Shown here one piece after another: positions 22,301-35,419 of a stretch of 64,000 bases of DNA (its first letter is position 1; each line of letters starts with the position of its first letter). A program made the translations under genes and the position numbers. The stretch comes from Tricharina praecox (Eukaryota). Below the pieces are notes generated by a model. That model worked only from the letters and a program-made list of their open reading frames with translations. It did no database searches and was not told where the DNA came from. Where the stretch lies: positions 1,178,001 to 1,242,000 of the forward strand of contig NW_026250405.1 of assembly GCF_024521635.1 (NCBI RefSeq), written 5' to 3'.

Positions 22301-25300
22301 GCCACTCGTCGGCGTTCGCGGTCCCTGTCGACCGTCGACCGTCGTGCTCGCTCGCCATCTCGATTTCGTCCGTTGTTCGAACTTTGACGTTCGGGCGGTG
22401 GTGGGTGGGTATGCCACTACTACATATGATACTACCATATATTCCCAAGGCTTGCGTAGGTATTGCTTTCTATGGTAGGTAGTCTACTGAGCAACTCCGC
22501 GGGATCTCATCCTACACACAGACCTGAAGTGAGTGTCTGTAGAGTATGCATACCAACTTCGAATGAGGAGGAGGAGGAGAATGAGGAAGGCCGGCCAGCC
22601 CAACTCCAGAGTCCAGAGAGCAGAACAGAACAGAACAGAACGGCAGGTCTGGTTTCCGGGGGGAGCGACGCCGCTGCGGCGCTGCGCGACATGCAGCAGG
22701 GGTAACCAAGCAACTGCGAAAGCTTGGCCGCGGGGCCGCCGCTTGGTAGCGAGCGAGCGAGGGGCAGGCCGGCAGGCAGGCAGGCAGTTGTTCGCAGTTC
22801 GCAGTTCGCATCCCATCCCATCCCATCCCATACTATCCAAAGAGAGAGAGAAGGGGAGGGAGCATCTCAAATTTCTGCTGCGTTTCTGCTGCCCTTCCCG
22901 TCATCTCTGCACTGGAGGAGTCCACAGCCGATGTCTCACCGGTAGGTTAGTAACCACTCTACTCTACCCCGCGCCAAAATCTTCTTTAGATTGCTGGCAA
23001 TCGTCCGTACATACTCTATCGACTCTACGGTGGAGTATGATAGATGCTGGAGGCTGAGTGAAAGCAATGAATGAAAAAGTAAAAAACCCATTGAAATTCA
23101 GCTTTTCATTTCGTCCATACGATACCCAGCACCTAACACCTACCAGTACATACAACCTGATTCTTTCAATTCGGACCGGAGATCGTGCAGGGAAGAGGCA
23201 CAGAAACGCGGCCAACAGACAGGCAGGTGGTGGGGGCCAGACAGACAAGACAAACCTTCCTTCCTTCCCAAGAAGCATAGTTCGTGATTTTCGATTCCGG
23301 AGAGGGTCCTAAATCGTGGCACGCCGATCCTAAGCTTTTCTTTTTTCCCTCCCTCTTGAATGATGAGGTCGTAGAGTACTCTACATACTCTACATGGCAG
23401 CGGCGCGGCGCTGGTATGAAGTATGTAGATAGGTACTCTGTTCTATAGCAGGCGGACGTATGCACAGGCCTCGAACACTGGATGGACCGACGACAAGAAA
23501 CCTGAATGCTGCTGCTGCTGCTGCGCGTACGATTCGATGCTCCACTTTATGCAGGCCATCGCTATCTTCTGGCAGCTTCCACGGCGGCAGTGGTTGAGGC
23601 GATACCGGTATGCGATGCCCAACCTTTACGTCGTGTTTCGAGCCCGCGCAGCGGCTCGGGAGCGTTGGGGCTGGGAGAGAATTCATCGCTGTGAATCCGA
23701 CGACTTCAATGTTCGTTCGAAGTGTGGTTTCCCTCAAAGCGAAGGGAAGGGAAGGGCCCGACCACGGGAAAAAATAAAAAACAAAAACAAAAACAAAACA
23801 AAAAAAGTAAAATTATGTGAATCGGACAGGCTAACGGACACGGTTCGTCTGAAGATTCGCGTCGTTTGTGTAGGGGGGAGGGTGGAGGGGGAGGGAGGGC
23901 TGCCATGTCATGTCTCACCAGTCAGCCATCGAGCAGTCGCTGTATCCGCAACAAATATTCCAGAGAGGGCAACTGGTCGTATGTTGTGTGAGTGTGTGTG
24001 TGGATGTGTGAGTGAGTGCACGGTCGTTTAGAGAACATCGTATCAGTCATAAAAGTGTTTCGCGGCTGCGAGCCCAGAAAAATTTCTGCCAAGCTGACAG
24101 ATAAATCGAACCGACGGAATCATATGTGATGTGCGCAAACGATCACCCCTTTTGTTTTTCGTTTTCGGTTTTTGTTTTTTCGTTCTTCTTCTTCCTTCTG
24201 CCTGGTGTGTGTGTGCGCGCTCTCCAGGCACAGGGAAGGCTGATGGTTATGCAAGTCAGATGGAAGAGGTGCTCAAAAGAGGAAGAATCCGCTGCGTACA
24301 TACCAGGTTCCGTTGATGGTATAAGATTTGGCGATGGCAAAAGGGTATGTGTAGTGTGCGCAGCAGTAAAGTACATGCTGTACCGTATGTTTAGTACGGC
24401 ATCCGGAGTATTGTTTGACGGCCGGAAAGGGGGACTTGCGTCTCTTAGCCTTTAAACGACATTCGCCGCGGTTGAAGGTCATGTAGGTACATAGTACGTA
24501 TAGTAGGTAGAGTGAGGCTCCCTGCGCCTGAAAGCAAAATTTCTTCTCAAGACTCGGGGAAGGACTTCGATTGCCGTCGGTGTCAATTTTTCATGATGGT
24601 TATCTAACTATCAATGCCGGCCAACTGGTCACTTTCTAGGAGCCCGACGAGTCATGCAATTGCATTCATCTGTCGCCCATTCCCCACCATGCCGCTAGCA
24701 TCAGATTTCTTTGCCCAGCCAGCTACTCAGTAGCTACCACTTGGTTAGTTCCGCGGCTTCATCTGCTGGCACGTCTCGATATTAGTCATATGTACCCGGC
24801 GGCTCCGGGATGCCTCTACATATGGATAGAGTCAGGCGGGAGCGGGAGGAAGGATGTACTCCATAGTACTATAAGTCGGCCCAATAGGGCTACTGGTCGG
24901 GATTCAGATGGTGGGGTCAACCTCGCAGTGGAGGAGCAAGTCACCGAGACGATGCTACCGCCGTCACCGTCTGTGCCGAAGACAACGCCGGCGGTGGCAT
25001 TCCGGACGTCCAATTCGCGAGCACAGCGTTTTCCGGCACCCTGCGGGCTCGATGATTCCAATGTGTCCCCAGGCTAGAGTCACTTGATGATGCATCAATT
25101 CTCGGTATGTCAGCCTGCGCCTGGAAGTACCAACAGCACATTCCGTAGTCATAGTACCTCCGGAATCCTTCAAGCGAGGTTTCCCAAAGCTCTAAACGCT
25201 GTGTGCCGCGGACTCATGGAATGGAATGTGGCGAGAATGTGGCTGTGAATCTCCGTTCGTGACTCGGAGACGAATCCGGCTGAGCCCATCGACAGGGCTG

Positions 25301-27679
25301 AGGCTCTTCGAGTGTGGATTGTGGTCATGTGCATCCATAGAGTCCGTCACATTCCGTCAACCAGCATCGGCCGGTGTCCATCTAACGTGTCTCCCGTCTC
25401 GTCGGTTTCAAGCATTCGTCGGGGACTGGTACAGGTATACACGCATGGCGGGGGGAGGGGCGGCTACGATACAATGAGAGCTTGGTGACGTCGTTGCGCG
25501 CGCACAAGCCACCCGCGGTGTGTGAGGGGCATCCATGGAGAAAGGTCTCGTAGAAAGTGAGACAGGCCATCGTCAGGACAAACAAAAAAAAAGGGACAGC
25601 GAGACGAGAGTAGCGCGCAGCCACACGGTGATGAGGTCCGCACCAGGCCGACGTTCGACCGGGCCAGGCACCATGGGGTCCGAGGGTTTGGGGTCGTCTG
25701 GCAGGCGAGAGGCCAGAGGCCAGAGGCGAAGAGAGGCGAAGAGAAAAGCAAGAAGCGAGTGGCGACGAGTGGCGACGGGTGGCTTGAAGAAATTGGAAGT
25801 GGCTACCTGAAGGATCGACAGCACATTCTTTTCTTTCACGAAGGCCACGGGGCAGAGCTTCAGTTGGCGCTTGTGACAAGGCTCCGAGGTCTTTCTGGGG
25901 TCGCGAGTGAGAAAAAATTGGCTGGCATCAGGAGAAGGCTCCTATCCGCTCCACGGCGTATCGAGGCTCAGCCTTTTACCGTATCTGCTGCATGGCGTAT
26001 CGAGGCTTGGACTCCTATCTGCTCCACGGCGTACGGATCGAGGCTCGACCGGCAATTGGATTTGCGTAGAGCAGATGTGATGGTGGCTCGTGAGTGTAGG
26101 AAGGCAGGGTCTAAGGAAAGTGTGAGGATCGCCTACCTTTCCACTTCCTCGCTCCTCTTTGCGCCACCACCACCACCACCACCACCGCGACTCTCCTGAT
26201 GTCCGGCTGGAGGAGTGTGCTCCTATGGTGCTAACCAGAGTACGGTATCCTACGGCGCGGCAGCAGGGCCACCACCATCACCACGACGACCACACCACCG
26301 CCATCGCGCCTCCAACGATCATCGTGAATGCTCCCTTTTTGCCTGTGCCTCTGCAGCCATCTCCCATAGCTGGGCTCGAAGCTCACTCGCTCGCAACGGG
26401 GCATCAAACAGGAATGGTGGTCAACGACGACGACGCCCCGAACCAGGATGCGCACTTCCCCACCACCACCACCACCACCACCACCAGCAGCAGCAGCAGC
26501 AGCAGCAGCACCATAACCACCACCACACACTCCCTCTCCCATGTAGTGAATGCCTTTGCCCTCGTTCCGCGTGGGTACGTAGAGTATATACGAGTGCCTT
26601 CCTCATCGCCATGATTATTTTTGCAACGGAATAAATGCGCGGGCACTCACCAGGGCCTTGGTCGGTGGTGGTCGATGTCGGTGGTCGATGTCGGCGTCAG
26701 GGTCGGTGTCGGTGTCGATGATGGGGTGTCTGCCCCTCGCTCTCCTCTTACACCACCACCATCACCACAACCACCACCACTGGCCCCTGCAGCTGCTGAT
26801 TGGCCCAAACGTCATTTTCCTTGCTCGCACCCTCAACGGTCCACACGCTAAACCACTCATGCCTAGCGACGAAAGCAGAGCCACCAAGAAAAACTAAAGT
26901 GAGCGAAACCAAACTAAACCGAACTGTCGACACCCACCTCACTTGAAGACGTGCTAGAGGAAAGCAACTAGAGTGGACACTGCACGACAGGGGGGGCACG
27001 ACGATGGGTGGTGGTGGAGGTGGTGGTGGTGCTGCTGGGTGGTGGTGCTGCTGCTGCTGCTGGTGGTGGTGGGAAGAAGCACACCCCCGGACCTTGACTC
27101 CACCCCCCGGTCAATCCTCTCTCCCTCTACACCTGCCCCGTCGTTCGTCTCTCTCTCGCTGCTGCTGCTCTGACTACTACTGCGAGTGCTCGTTTAGCTG
27201 ACTGGCCGTCCGGAGGGAACTCTGCTCTACCTAGCTGGTCTCTAGTGCGCTACGGTGCAATGCTACCTGCATTGTCGTGCTCACCCGCGCACACCACTCA
27301 CGCTCCTGGAGTGCTCTCCGCCTAAAGTAAATATAACCAGCTGCTCCCCTCCTTCTGGGCAGCCCTCCACTCTCACCAGCTCCTCAGAAAGAAAGAAAAA
27401 AAACATCTCCACCTCGACCACCATCATTCAGATATAAACCTCCTCCTCCTTCCCCCTACTACATCTTCACTCCAATCCTCTCTGGCCAGCTTCGCAATAA
27501 CAACCACAACCAACAACCTCCACCCACAACCACTCCCCAAACACACCGCCGTGCATCCACATCTCGAAAACAAGAAGACCGAAATATCTCCTACCAGACC
27601 TTGACATCGGCCACTACTACTACTGCTACTACTACTATCACCTCCACCCAAACCGAACCCTCCCCGACACACTATCGAA

Positions 27680-28141
27680 ATGGATTGGTCTCATGAATTC
27701 TGCCTGTCCTGCGATCGCCAGATCTCGCAGTCCGACCATGGCGCCTACTGCTCACAATCCTGCCGACTGGCCGACCTCGAACGGGCGTCGGCTTACTCTG
27801 CTCCCTCCTCGTACGCATCGACCACTTCACAGACTGGCTCCGGCTCCGGCTTCTACCTTCCTCCGGCATTGAACTTCTCCTCGTCCACACATCAGTCATC
27901 CGCTGCCTACTCGCCATCCGTACGAAGTCCCACCTCATTGTACCCCAACTACTCAACAACACAGCAGTCCGGCGAGCGAAGCTTGTACAGCTCGCCTTCT
28001 CGGTCATCCCTCTCGTCGTTACATAGCCACGGTCGCAGCGAACCCGCAGCACTCTCGGACAAGGTCAAGAACGAGCTCCGGGAATACGCCGGCTCCTTCG
28101 ACCACATCCGGGACTGGAAACGACGCATGACCGTTGTATAA
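27680..28141 (+). CDS. ecl1: Ecl1-family life-span regulatory factor (153 aa, intronless)
   Basis: N-terminal FCLSCDRQ..AYCSQSCRLAD four-Cys motif, Ser-rich middle, C-terminal ELREYAGSFD..R..KRR; good start context (GAAATGG), in-frame stop upstream at 27602, U-rich 3' flank. Confidence 0.88.
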   Translation: MDWSHEFCLSCDRQISQSDHGAYCSQSCRLADLERASAYSAPSSYASTTSQTGSGSGFYLPPALNFSSSTHQSSAAYSPSVRSPTSLYPNYSTTQQSGERSLYSSPSRSSLSSLHSHGRSEPAALSDKVKNELREYAGSFDHIRDWKRRMTVV

Positions 28142-29099
28142 ATCTTCTCCTTCTCACGCCCAATTGTACTTTACGAATCGCATCATCATCATCTCTCATA
28201 TCTATCTGGCAACGGCATTTCGGAATCTTTTCTACTTCTTTGGCACATATTGCAACCCACGGTTTTTTGATACAAAAAAAGGATCTTTTTCGACATCCTC
28301 TCTCCACACACCACCTCCTCCGCACCACTACTTTCCGTCGGTCGGTCGCGAGCAAAAAAAAAAGAAAAGTTGGTTGGGGACGGGGGAGGGGGGCGGTCTT
28401 CTTTTTCCCATACTCTTTCACTTTTCGGTTCTATATGCATATCACTGGGGAGGGTACGAACTTTTAAAAGTGCTTCTTTTTTTCTTCTTTATTTTACTTT
28501 TCTTTCTCAAATACCTGTTGTGGTTTAGGGAAGATTTGTCGGGATCATGGGCGCATTGTGTCTTTTTTTTACTCTTTTTTTTTATTACTGATTTCATCTC
28601 TTGCTCTGTTGTATCATAGCATCTGTGTATCTGGGTCGGTGTTATTGTTGGGTTTTTGGCTGGGGTTTCTTCGTCTCGAATATCAATTTGCCTTTTCTGC
28701 CGGCAATGGTTGTCTCGCACACACAAAAAAGTCTCTTGCCGTCCGTCCTCGTTCATCGTCTTTGATTCCAGTGTTCTCGTCGTCGTCTTTCGATACCAAA
28801 CACGTAACTTGTGTTCACTTTCTCCGTCATATAATTGCCGCATTGCTCACCGGTATGTACATAATACTTTTTTTCTCTCTTTTCTTTTCCGACGATACTA
28901 CGCATTATGACTCCTTACGGAATGAAATGCGATAGGATACTAATTGGGCGTTAGGAATTGAGATGGGACATTCATTTACAGGCTGTACATACAAAAAATT
29001 CTCGCAGAACTTGCAAGACATGAAAATTTTCGAGACAGCCAGAGACGCAAGGCGCAGGATGAATGGACGGGCAAGGCAGGACTGGATGGGCAGGGCAAC

Positions 29100-29139
29100 G
29101 CAAAAACTCGCAAAAACTCGCAAAAACTCGCAAAAACTC
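29100..29139. repeat. (GCAAAAACTC)4 decamer tandem repeat
   Basis: Four perfect copies. Confidence 0.9.
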
Positions 29140-31759
29140 TTCATGTGCGCAGCGCACCAGCTGTGAGGTGAGGTGAGGTGGGACGACGATTGGTGAATGG
29201 CGGATTGAGATATAGTTCTAGAGTAACTAGAGTAGAGTACGGTAGAGGGCGGTGGAGTACGGTGGAGGAAATCGGTAGGCCAGTAATCGCCTGCGACGAT
29301 GGGCCCAATTGACCAACCGACTGGCGATCTGACTGGCAGCCAGCCAACCGCAGAGAGAGAGCTCTCCCCGGTACTTGATGCTCGTAGATATCTACTTCAG
29401 TTGGGACAAGTATTCCGTTCCGAGCCCTCCTTTTTCCATCTTTTCTTTTCTTTTCTTCTCTTACATACACGACCAAAAAAACCGAAAAGGAAGCAAAGAA
29501 GAAAAAGAAGAAGAAGAAAATCCACAGAAACCGAGAAAAGCAAAACGGAATAAAATCCACATTGAAGTACAGTATCCCATTCCGCACGCAAAGAACAAAA
29601 CAAAACAAAAAAGGAAGTAAAAAACGAAAGAAAAAGAACAAAAAAAGAAAGAAGTAGAAGAAGAACAACCACAACTACTACCTACTACTAGTAACGACGT
29701 TTTTTTCCCACGAAAAACCCGCTCACACGTACATGAGAAAGTACTCTACTCTACTCCATATGTGATATGATAGGTATGTAGAGAACATAGAGTACATAGA
29801 GTAGACCCGCCGGTTCGTCTCTGACAGTCACTGGAGAGGCCCGAAACAAGGCCCTACCAACCAACCCACCTCCCTCCCTCCCACACACACCCAGGGGAAA
29901 CGACGCCCAATGACGTGTGTAACCAGCCGTTCCATGTGTGTTCACGAAACGATCCTATTCGCTGAGGTTTTCTGGGGTTCGTGGTCGGGGTCGGGGTCGG
30001 GGGTCGGAGGTGTTGTCGTTTCCCGTGTGTATGTGTGTGTGTGTGTGTGTGTTGCGAAACTTGCGATCGATCGACGGTTAGATGGAATACTGTTATGAAA
30101 CGAAACGCGGCAGCGCGGCCGCTAGAGAGACTACTACTACTGGAGTATTTAGAGTACTCTAGTTACTCAGAGCGAGGATGGATAGAGTAGAGTACTCGAC
30201 GTAAATAGCGGAGGGGGAGGGGGAGGGGAGGGCGGCCTGGAGGGCGTGGAGGAGGGAAGGCGTGGACGGCGGACAGGCACCGTGGTGGTCATGATTGGAG
30301 ATCTACACACTTACCGCCGTGCCTGCCTGAGCAGTGCGGATGCACATGGCGGTATTTTTTCTTCGAGCTTTCACCTCCCCCGTGGACGCGGGGCCCGGGT
30401 TGCACGTGATATTAAATGCTCACTCACTCACTCACTCACGTGACCGAGCCACATCCTGAGCCCCACGTGCTCGCACTTGGAACTTGGATGTCTCGATGCA
30501 CCCGAGTTTCACGATGACCGCTCGCTCGATGGCAGATGACAGTATTACGGCTGCCATTGATCCTCCCACGCCCCACTACGCATCAGCACGTGCCCACCAC
30601 CGTGACCAGTCGTCATAGCCTTAGTAAACACAACACCGACAGGAATGTAGGCACTCCGTCACCGCCAACTGCGGGCCAAGTCGACCGTCTGACCAAGCAG
30701 CGGGCGGAGGTGAGGGATGAGCAAATTCTCTCAACTACCCACTCGACTGAGACTTCGAGTTTGGCTGAGACTGAGACAGGGCCAGCGAAAGCGACAGCCG
30801 TATCTGGGCCGACTGTGTATGTACCGTAACTATCGGCGCGGTTCAATTCAACGTTTTTTTGCACGGGTATCCACAGAAGCCACTGGAATCTTCTCCACCC
30901 CCCACAACCCACAACTCAATCCGTTCTGGACCGGGCCCGCGGGCAGCGGCACGACGCACAAGTTGTTCATTCGACGGAGACCGTCAAGCCGCCCGCCGCC
31001 GCCGGGTGATCACCGCAATGCATGTCCCTCCCTCCTCCGTACATGCATAGCAGCCAGCAGTCAACAGCCAGTGGGCTGGTTGTCGGGGAGCGGAAACGCA
31101 GCGCAACGCAGGTTTGGCCCTTGAATTGAAAGGGAGGGACGGGGGATTGGCGGATTTACGGATGTGACGGAGATCGAGTCACGGAGATCGAGTCACGGTC
31201 CCGGAGATCGACCCAGCCCAGACACACAACAGAAAAGAAAGAAAAAATTCTCTTCTTCGCGGTATGACTCCTCCGGAGCTCGAATTCCGAATTCCGAATT
31301 CCGAAATCCGCCGCAGGCCGCAGATGGTTCGCGAGTCGTGAGTCGTGACAGCTCACTCACTCACCCGGCTCCCCTCCGGACCCGCGCGAGATAGATGAAT
31401 TGGACGGAAGAGGAAAAAAAAACTTTTCTTTGGCTGGTTGGCTGGTTGGCTGGAGAGTCGAGTGGCAAATGCGCTCCCTCGCTCCCTCGCTCCCTCCCTC
31501 GCTCGCGCTCCTGCACAGGCGATCCTCCGTATGATACGTACGTAGGGATGCGTTTGATTTGATTTGATTCGATGGGCTGGGCTGAGATGGCAATTGAATG
31601 GGAGATGGATGGGGAAATGCATGGCGGCTGCGAGCAGTAAGGGGCACGTAGAGTACGTATCTCTACGTACGGATACAGCACAGCTGTAACCTGTGAGGAA
31701 GAGAGAAGGAAAAAAACTCAACTCAACTCACAGTCTCACACCACACCGCCCCACACACA

Positions 31760-31791
<32 letters not shown>

Positions 31792-33212
31792 TGTCTCAAC
31801 AAGATGATCGTCAACCGGAACGAAAAAAAAAGAAGAAAAAAAAAAGTGAAGTTTCATTATGCAACGGTAAAGCAATGTGGGAATGGGGAAATGGAATGCA
31901 AACGTCACCACTCACCTCACGGGCCGGCGGTCAGTCAGTCGATGTCGTATGTTGGACCCCGCCCGTACCATCACTAGAGTAGTTGGCAGTAGTTGCTTCG
32001 GAAAAATACCAATACTGCGCTCCGGGTCCGTGGGTGCAAGCAAACAAATGCGACAAACAGATGCCGCGCCTCGCCGCGCCGGAGGTGGTGGTGGTGGTGG
32101 TAGTGTGTCAACTGACGAGCGAACGACACCTGGGTATCCACTCCGCATGGCGCAAGCCCATCGAGCCACCACGACTTTTTGCCTTCTGCCTTTTGCCTTT
32201 TTTCCCTTTGCCAGGCTCCAGCGAATTGCCGATGTACCTATCAAGGTATGTATCGGTGGAATGCGAAGCTTTTCCATTCCATTGACTGCTTACGTACGGT
32301 ACATATGGTACCTGGCTGCGGTAGTTAGTTGTCTTAGGTGTACGAAAATATGCCCTTTTGCGAACGTTTCGCACGTTTCGAAAAGCACGAGTGATGTTAT
32401 GTGTGAGTGTCGCAATCCGATCTGGTATTCCGAGCGGATCTGGGGAACATGTCAATTCAACAGATTTTCACTCAATGCCGCCCCCGACATCTCCACCGCC
32501 TCAGCAGCCTCCGCCGCCGCCGCCGCCGTCACCGCGGGAAGCGCCATCTTTTGCACCTTCACCCCTCACTCTCCACAGGGCGTTCGTGTTGAGAACGCAG
32601 ATGCCGCATCTCGGGAGTTGCATTTGCTGTGGCGCCTCATCCGCACCGCAAGCCATCCTCCTACACACGTACGTACGTCGTACTAATGCGGCTGCCGCTG
32701 CTGCCCGTGTTCGAGTTCGAGTTCGAGCTCGAGCTCGACCTCGAGTTGGAGCTCGGGCCTGCGACTACCACTGCGGTCTCCAAGCTATGTACACATAGAG
32801 TATATACAGGTCCAGCATAGGAGTAGGAGTTTGTAGGTACCAGCCAAGTACCTACTATACCTACAAAGTATAGTACATGGCACGATGAATCGACGCGACA
32901 GCACGGCAGCTGTCTGTCCGGCGGCGGCGGGCGGGACGGACGGGCGGGTGGACAGGCGGGCAGACGGGGGGCCCATGGCACTGGCACTGGCACCGGCACG
33001 CCTCCCATGGAAGAGGTTAAGGTCCGCACCACGGCGGCCGTACGCTGCACGGGCACGGTCCCCGCCGGTCCCCTCTCTGCCCCTCACCCGCCCCCCGCCC
33101 CCGCCGTCCTTACCCCATTTGCCCCCCCCACCCACCGTCTCTTCACATCCCGCCGGCACTATCCGAGAGAGATGGGAACGAATGTTTGGTGGCCTCAGAG
33201 TCGTCCGTTCCC

Positions 33213-33244
<32 letters not shown>

Positions 33245-35302
33245 GGCGGCTCGGCTCGGCTCGGCGTGGCTTGGCTTGCCTTTGCGGTGCAGGACACGAC
33301 GGGTGAAGCGTGATGATCACAAAGTTCCTCTAGAGCAGAGTACCGGCGGTCTAACTCCATCAACATGCTTCTTCCCGAGCAAAGCAGAACGTAGGTTTAC
33401 CTAGTACACATGTACACATGAAGCAGCACATGAGGCAGCACCTTGAGTCCCTCGCCTCACGCCCAGCTCGCAGGTCGCAGGGGACAGGAAGCAAAGCAAA
33501 CCCGTGCATATACGATCATCTCGTGATGCGTGAAAATCGATGTTTGATGCTTGATGCAGCATTGCAGCAGCAGCGACACTGAAACTGTATTGTATATATT
33601 GGCGGAGCCGAGCCGACGAGCGCTTGTCTCATCACGGCGCAGCGTTGCAGCACCGTCGGGCTCCCATTCGGCCAAGCTCGCTGGGCCGCTCGCTCGCACT
33701 TGCCGTGTGTCGTTGCGAAAGAAAGTGTATCCGAGATTCGAGAAGCGTTGAAACTTAACTTGACCTGACATGGAGCTGTGCACGGATAGGGTTTCCTTCT
33801 TCCGGACACGTGTTTCTACAACTGCACTACGGCTTCCACACCACACTGTTCTACTTGGGTACATAGCTCCACGTGAGGAATGGGCATACATAGGCGGGCT
33901 TGATGTTCTGTTCTGTTCTGTTTACCCCTTCCGACCATGAACGGGCGAAGATCGAGGGGACAGAGGGGGCTTGTGCGTAGAGTAGTCAGTACGGTAGCTG
34001 CCGCCTGCGGTTTGTTGTTTTGGGTGCTGGTGCTGGTGCTGGTGCTGGTGCTGGTGCTGGTGGTGCTTGGAGGGATGCGGTATGTAGACTACCCAGAGTA
34101 TGCGGGCGCCGGGTACTCTAGAGTACCGTAGAGCACTTTAGCATCAGGAACAACGCAGCAGAAGCAGCAGTAGCAGCAGTTTGTAATAGCAGCAGCAGCG
34201 AGCGAAAACAACGGACTTTTCTCCCTCGCTCGCTGCTGTCTACACGGCCACTAAAGCGCGCTCCTCGGTTTGGGGAATACAAATTAGAAGTTACAAACGA
34301 ACAAGAATAACTACCCGTTTGAGATGCCGTTTCCTACAGCACTCTACTCTGGCTGCCTTCCTTCTTAGGGCTCGGTAGGCAGGTGTAACTCCGCCGTCCG
34401 TTTCTTTTTTCTTTTTTTGCTTCTCTCGGCAGAGAGAGCGAGCAGAGAGAAGAGATCTAGAGGAATTGAGTTGTGTGCTTGCAGGTAGAGTATCCACATA
34501 TGACATGGAGCAGGCAGCTGCAGACTGCAGTGCTGTCCCCCTCCCTCTCCCCCTCCCCCTCCCCCTCGCTCCCTCTTCCAGTCCACGACGCATGCTGTGC
34601 AGCTGTGTCAAGACAAGAGCCAAGCGTTGAGATGGCTGCGCGTCTGACATGTTACCCAGGATCTCGAAATCAGATTACCGACCGACTGACCATCCGTAGT
34701 TACCGTAGTTACCGAACCGTGCCGTCCAGAGGGTGTGTATAGTAGCAAGCATCCCCGCCAGCTGGTCGAGACTGTGTATATACCTCAGCAGGAGCATCGA
34801 CACTCTATCGGAACACATGGAGATTGGACATGAGCCGAGGACGAGGAGGAATATGAACTGGAAGAATGGGGATCCAATTCGATTGTTTCGCTTTGCTGTG
34901 TTTCTGTTCGAGGACGGCGATACTACTGCTACTACCACTACTACCTACCACTACTACCCACTCTATACACGTATGATGCGGAGATGGACTGCGGTACCTA
35001 AACTATGTAACAACATGCATATGTATGATTTGCACGCAAATTCGACAAGACAGCAGGCTATCCCTTGTTTCCGGATCTGCAGGCAACCGAACATATGTAT
35101 ACAAAGTGCTATATGTGGGTACTCTAGATGAAGGGGGGCTCTGTCTGGAGTAGGTATGTACCTAGTTGACTCTGGAAGGCGGAAGAGTTCTGAGGAAGTA
35201 GTTTCTACCTATGATACCTACTCTAAACTATTCGGGAGCGGGTAGAGAGGGATGAATGAGGTGTACGGCACTAGGTATGTCCGACCTAGCAGAGTGAAAA
35301 CG

Positions 35303-35419
35303 AAGTGGGAATTCTCCGGATCGATGTCCCCATTCACGAGGAAGGAGGGATGGTGAAGTGTACTCCAGAATAAACCAAGTGGGAATTCTCCGGATCGATA
35401 TCCCCATTCGCGAGGAAGG
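35303..35419. repeat. 43-bp direct repeat pair with a 31-bp spacer
   Basis: 35303-35345 vs 35377-35419, two mismatches. Confidence 0.9.

Noticed and set aside
27602..27679. Non-AUG N-terminal extension of Ecl1
   Set aside because: An in-frame TGA at 27602 limits any extension to 25 low-complexity codons
35303..35419. Repeat-spacer-repeat resembling a mini CRISPR array
   Set aside because: Only two units, eukaryotic context and no cas genes; a simple local duplication
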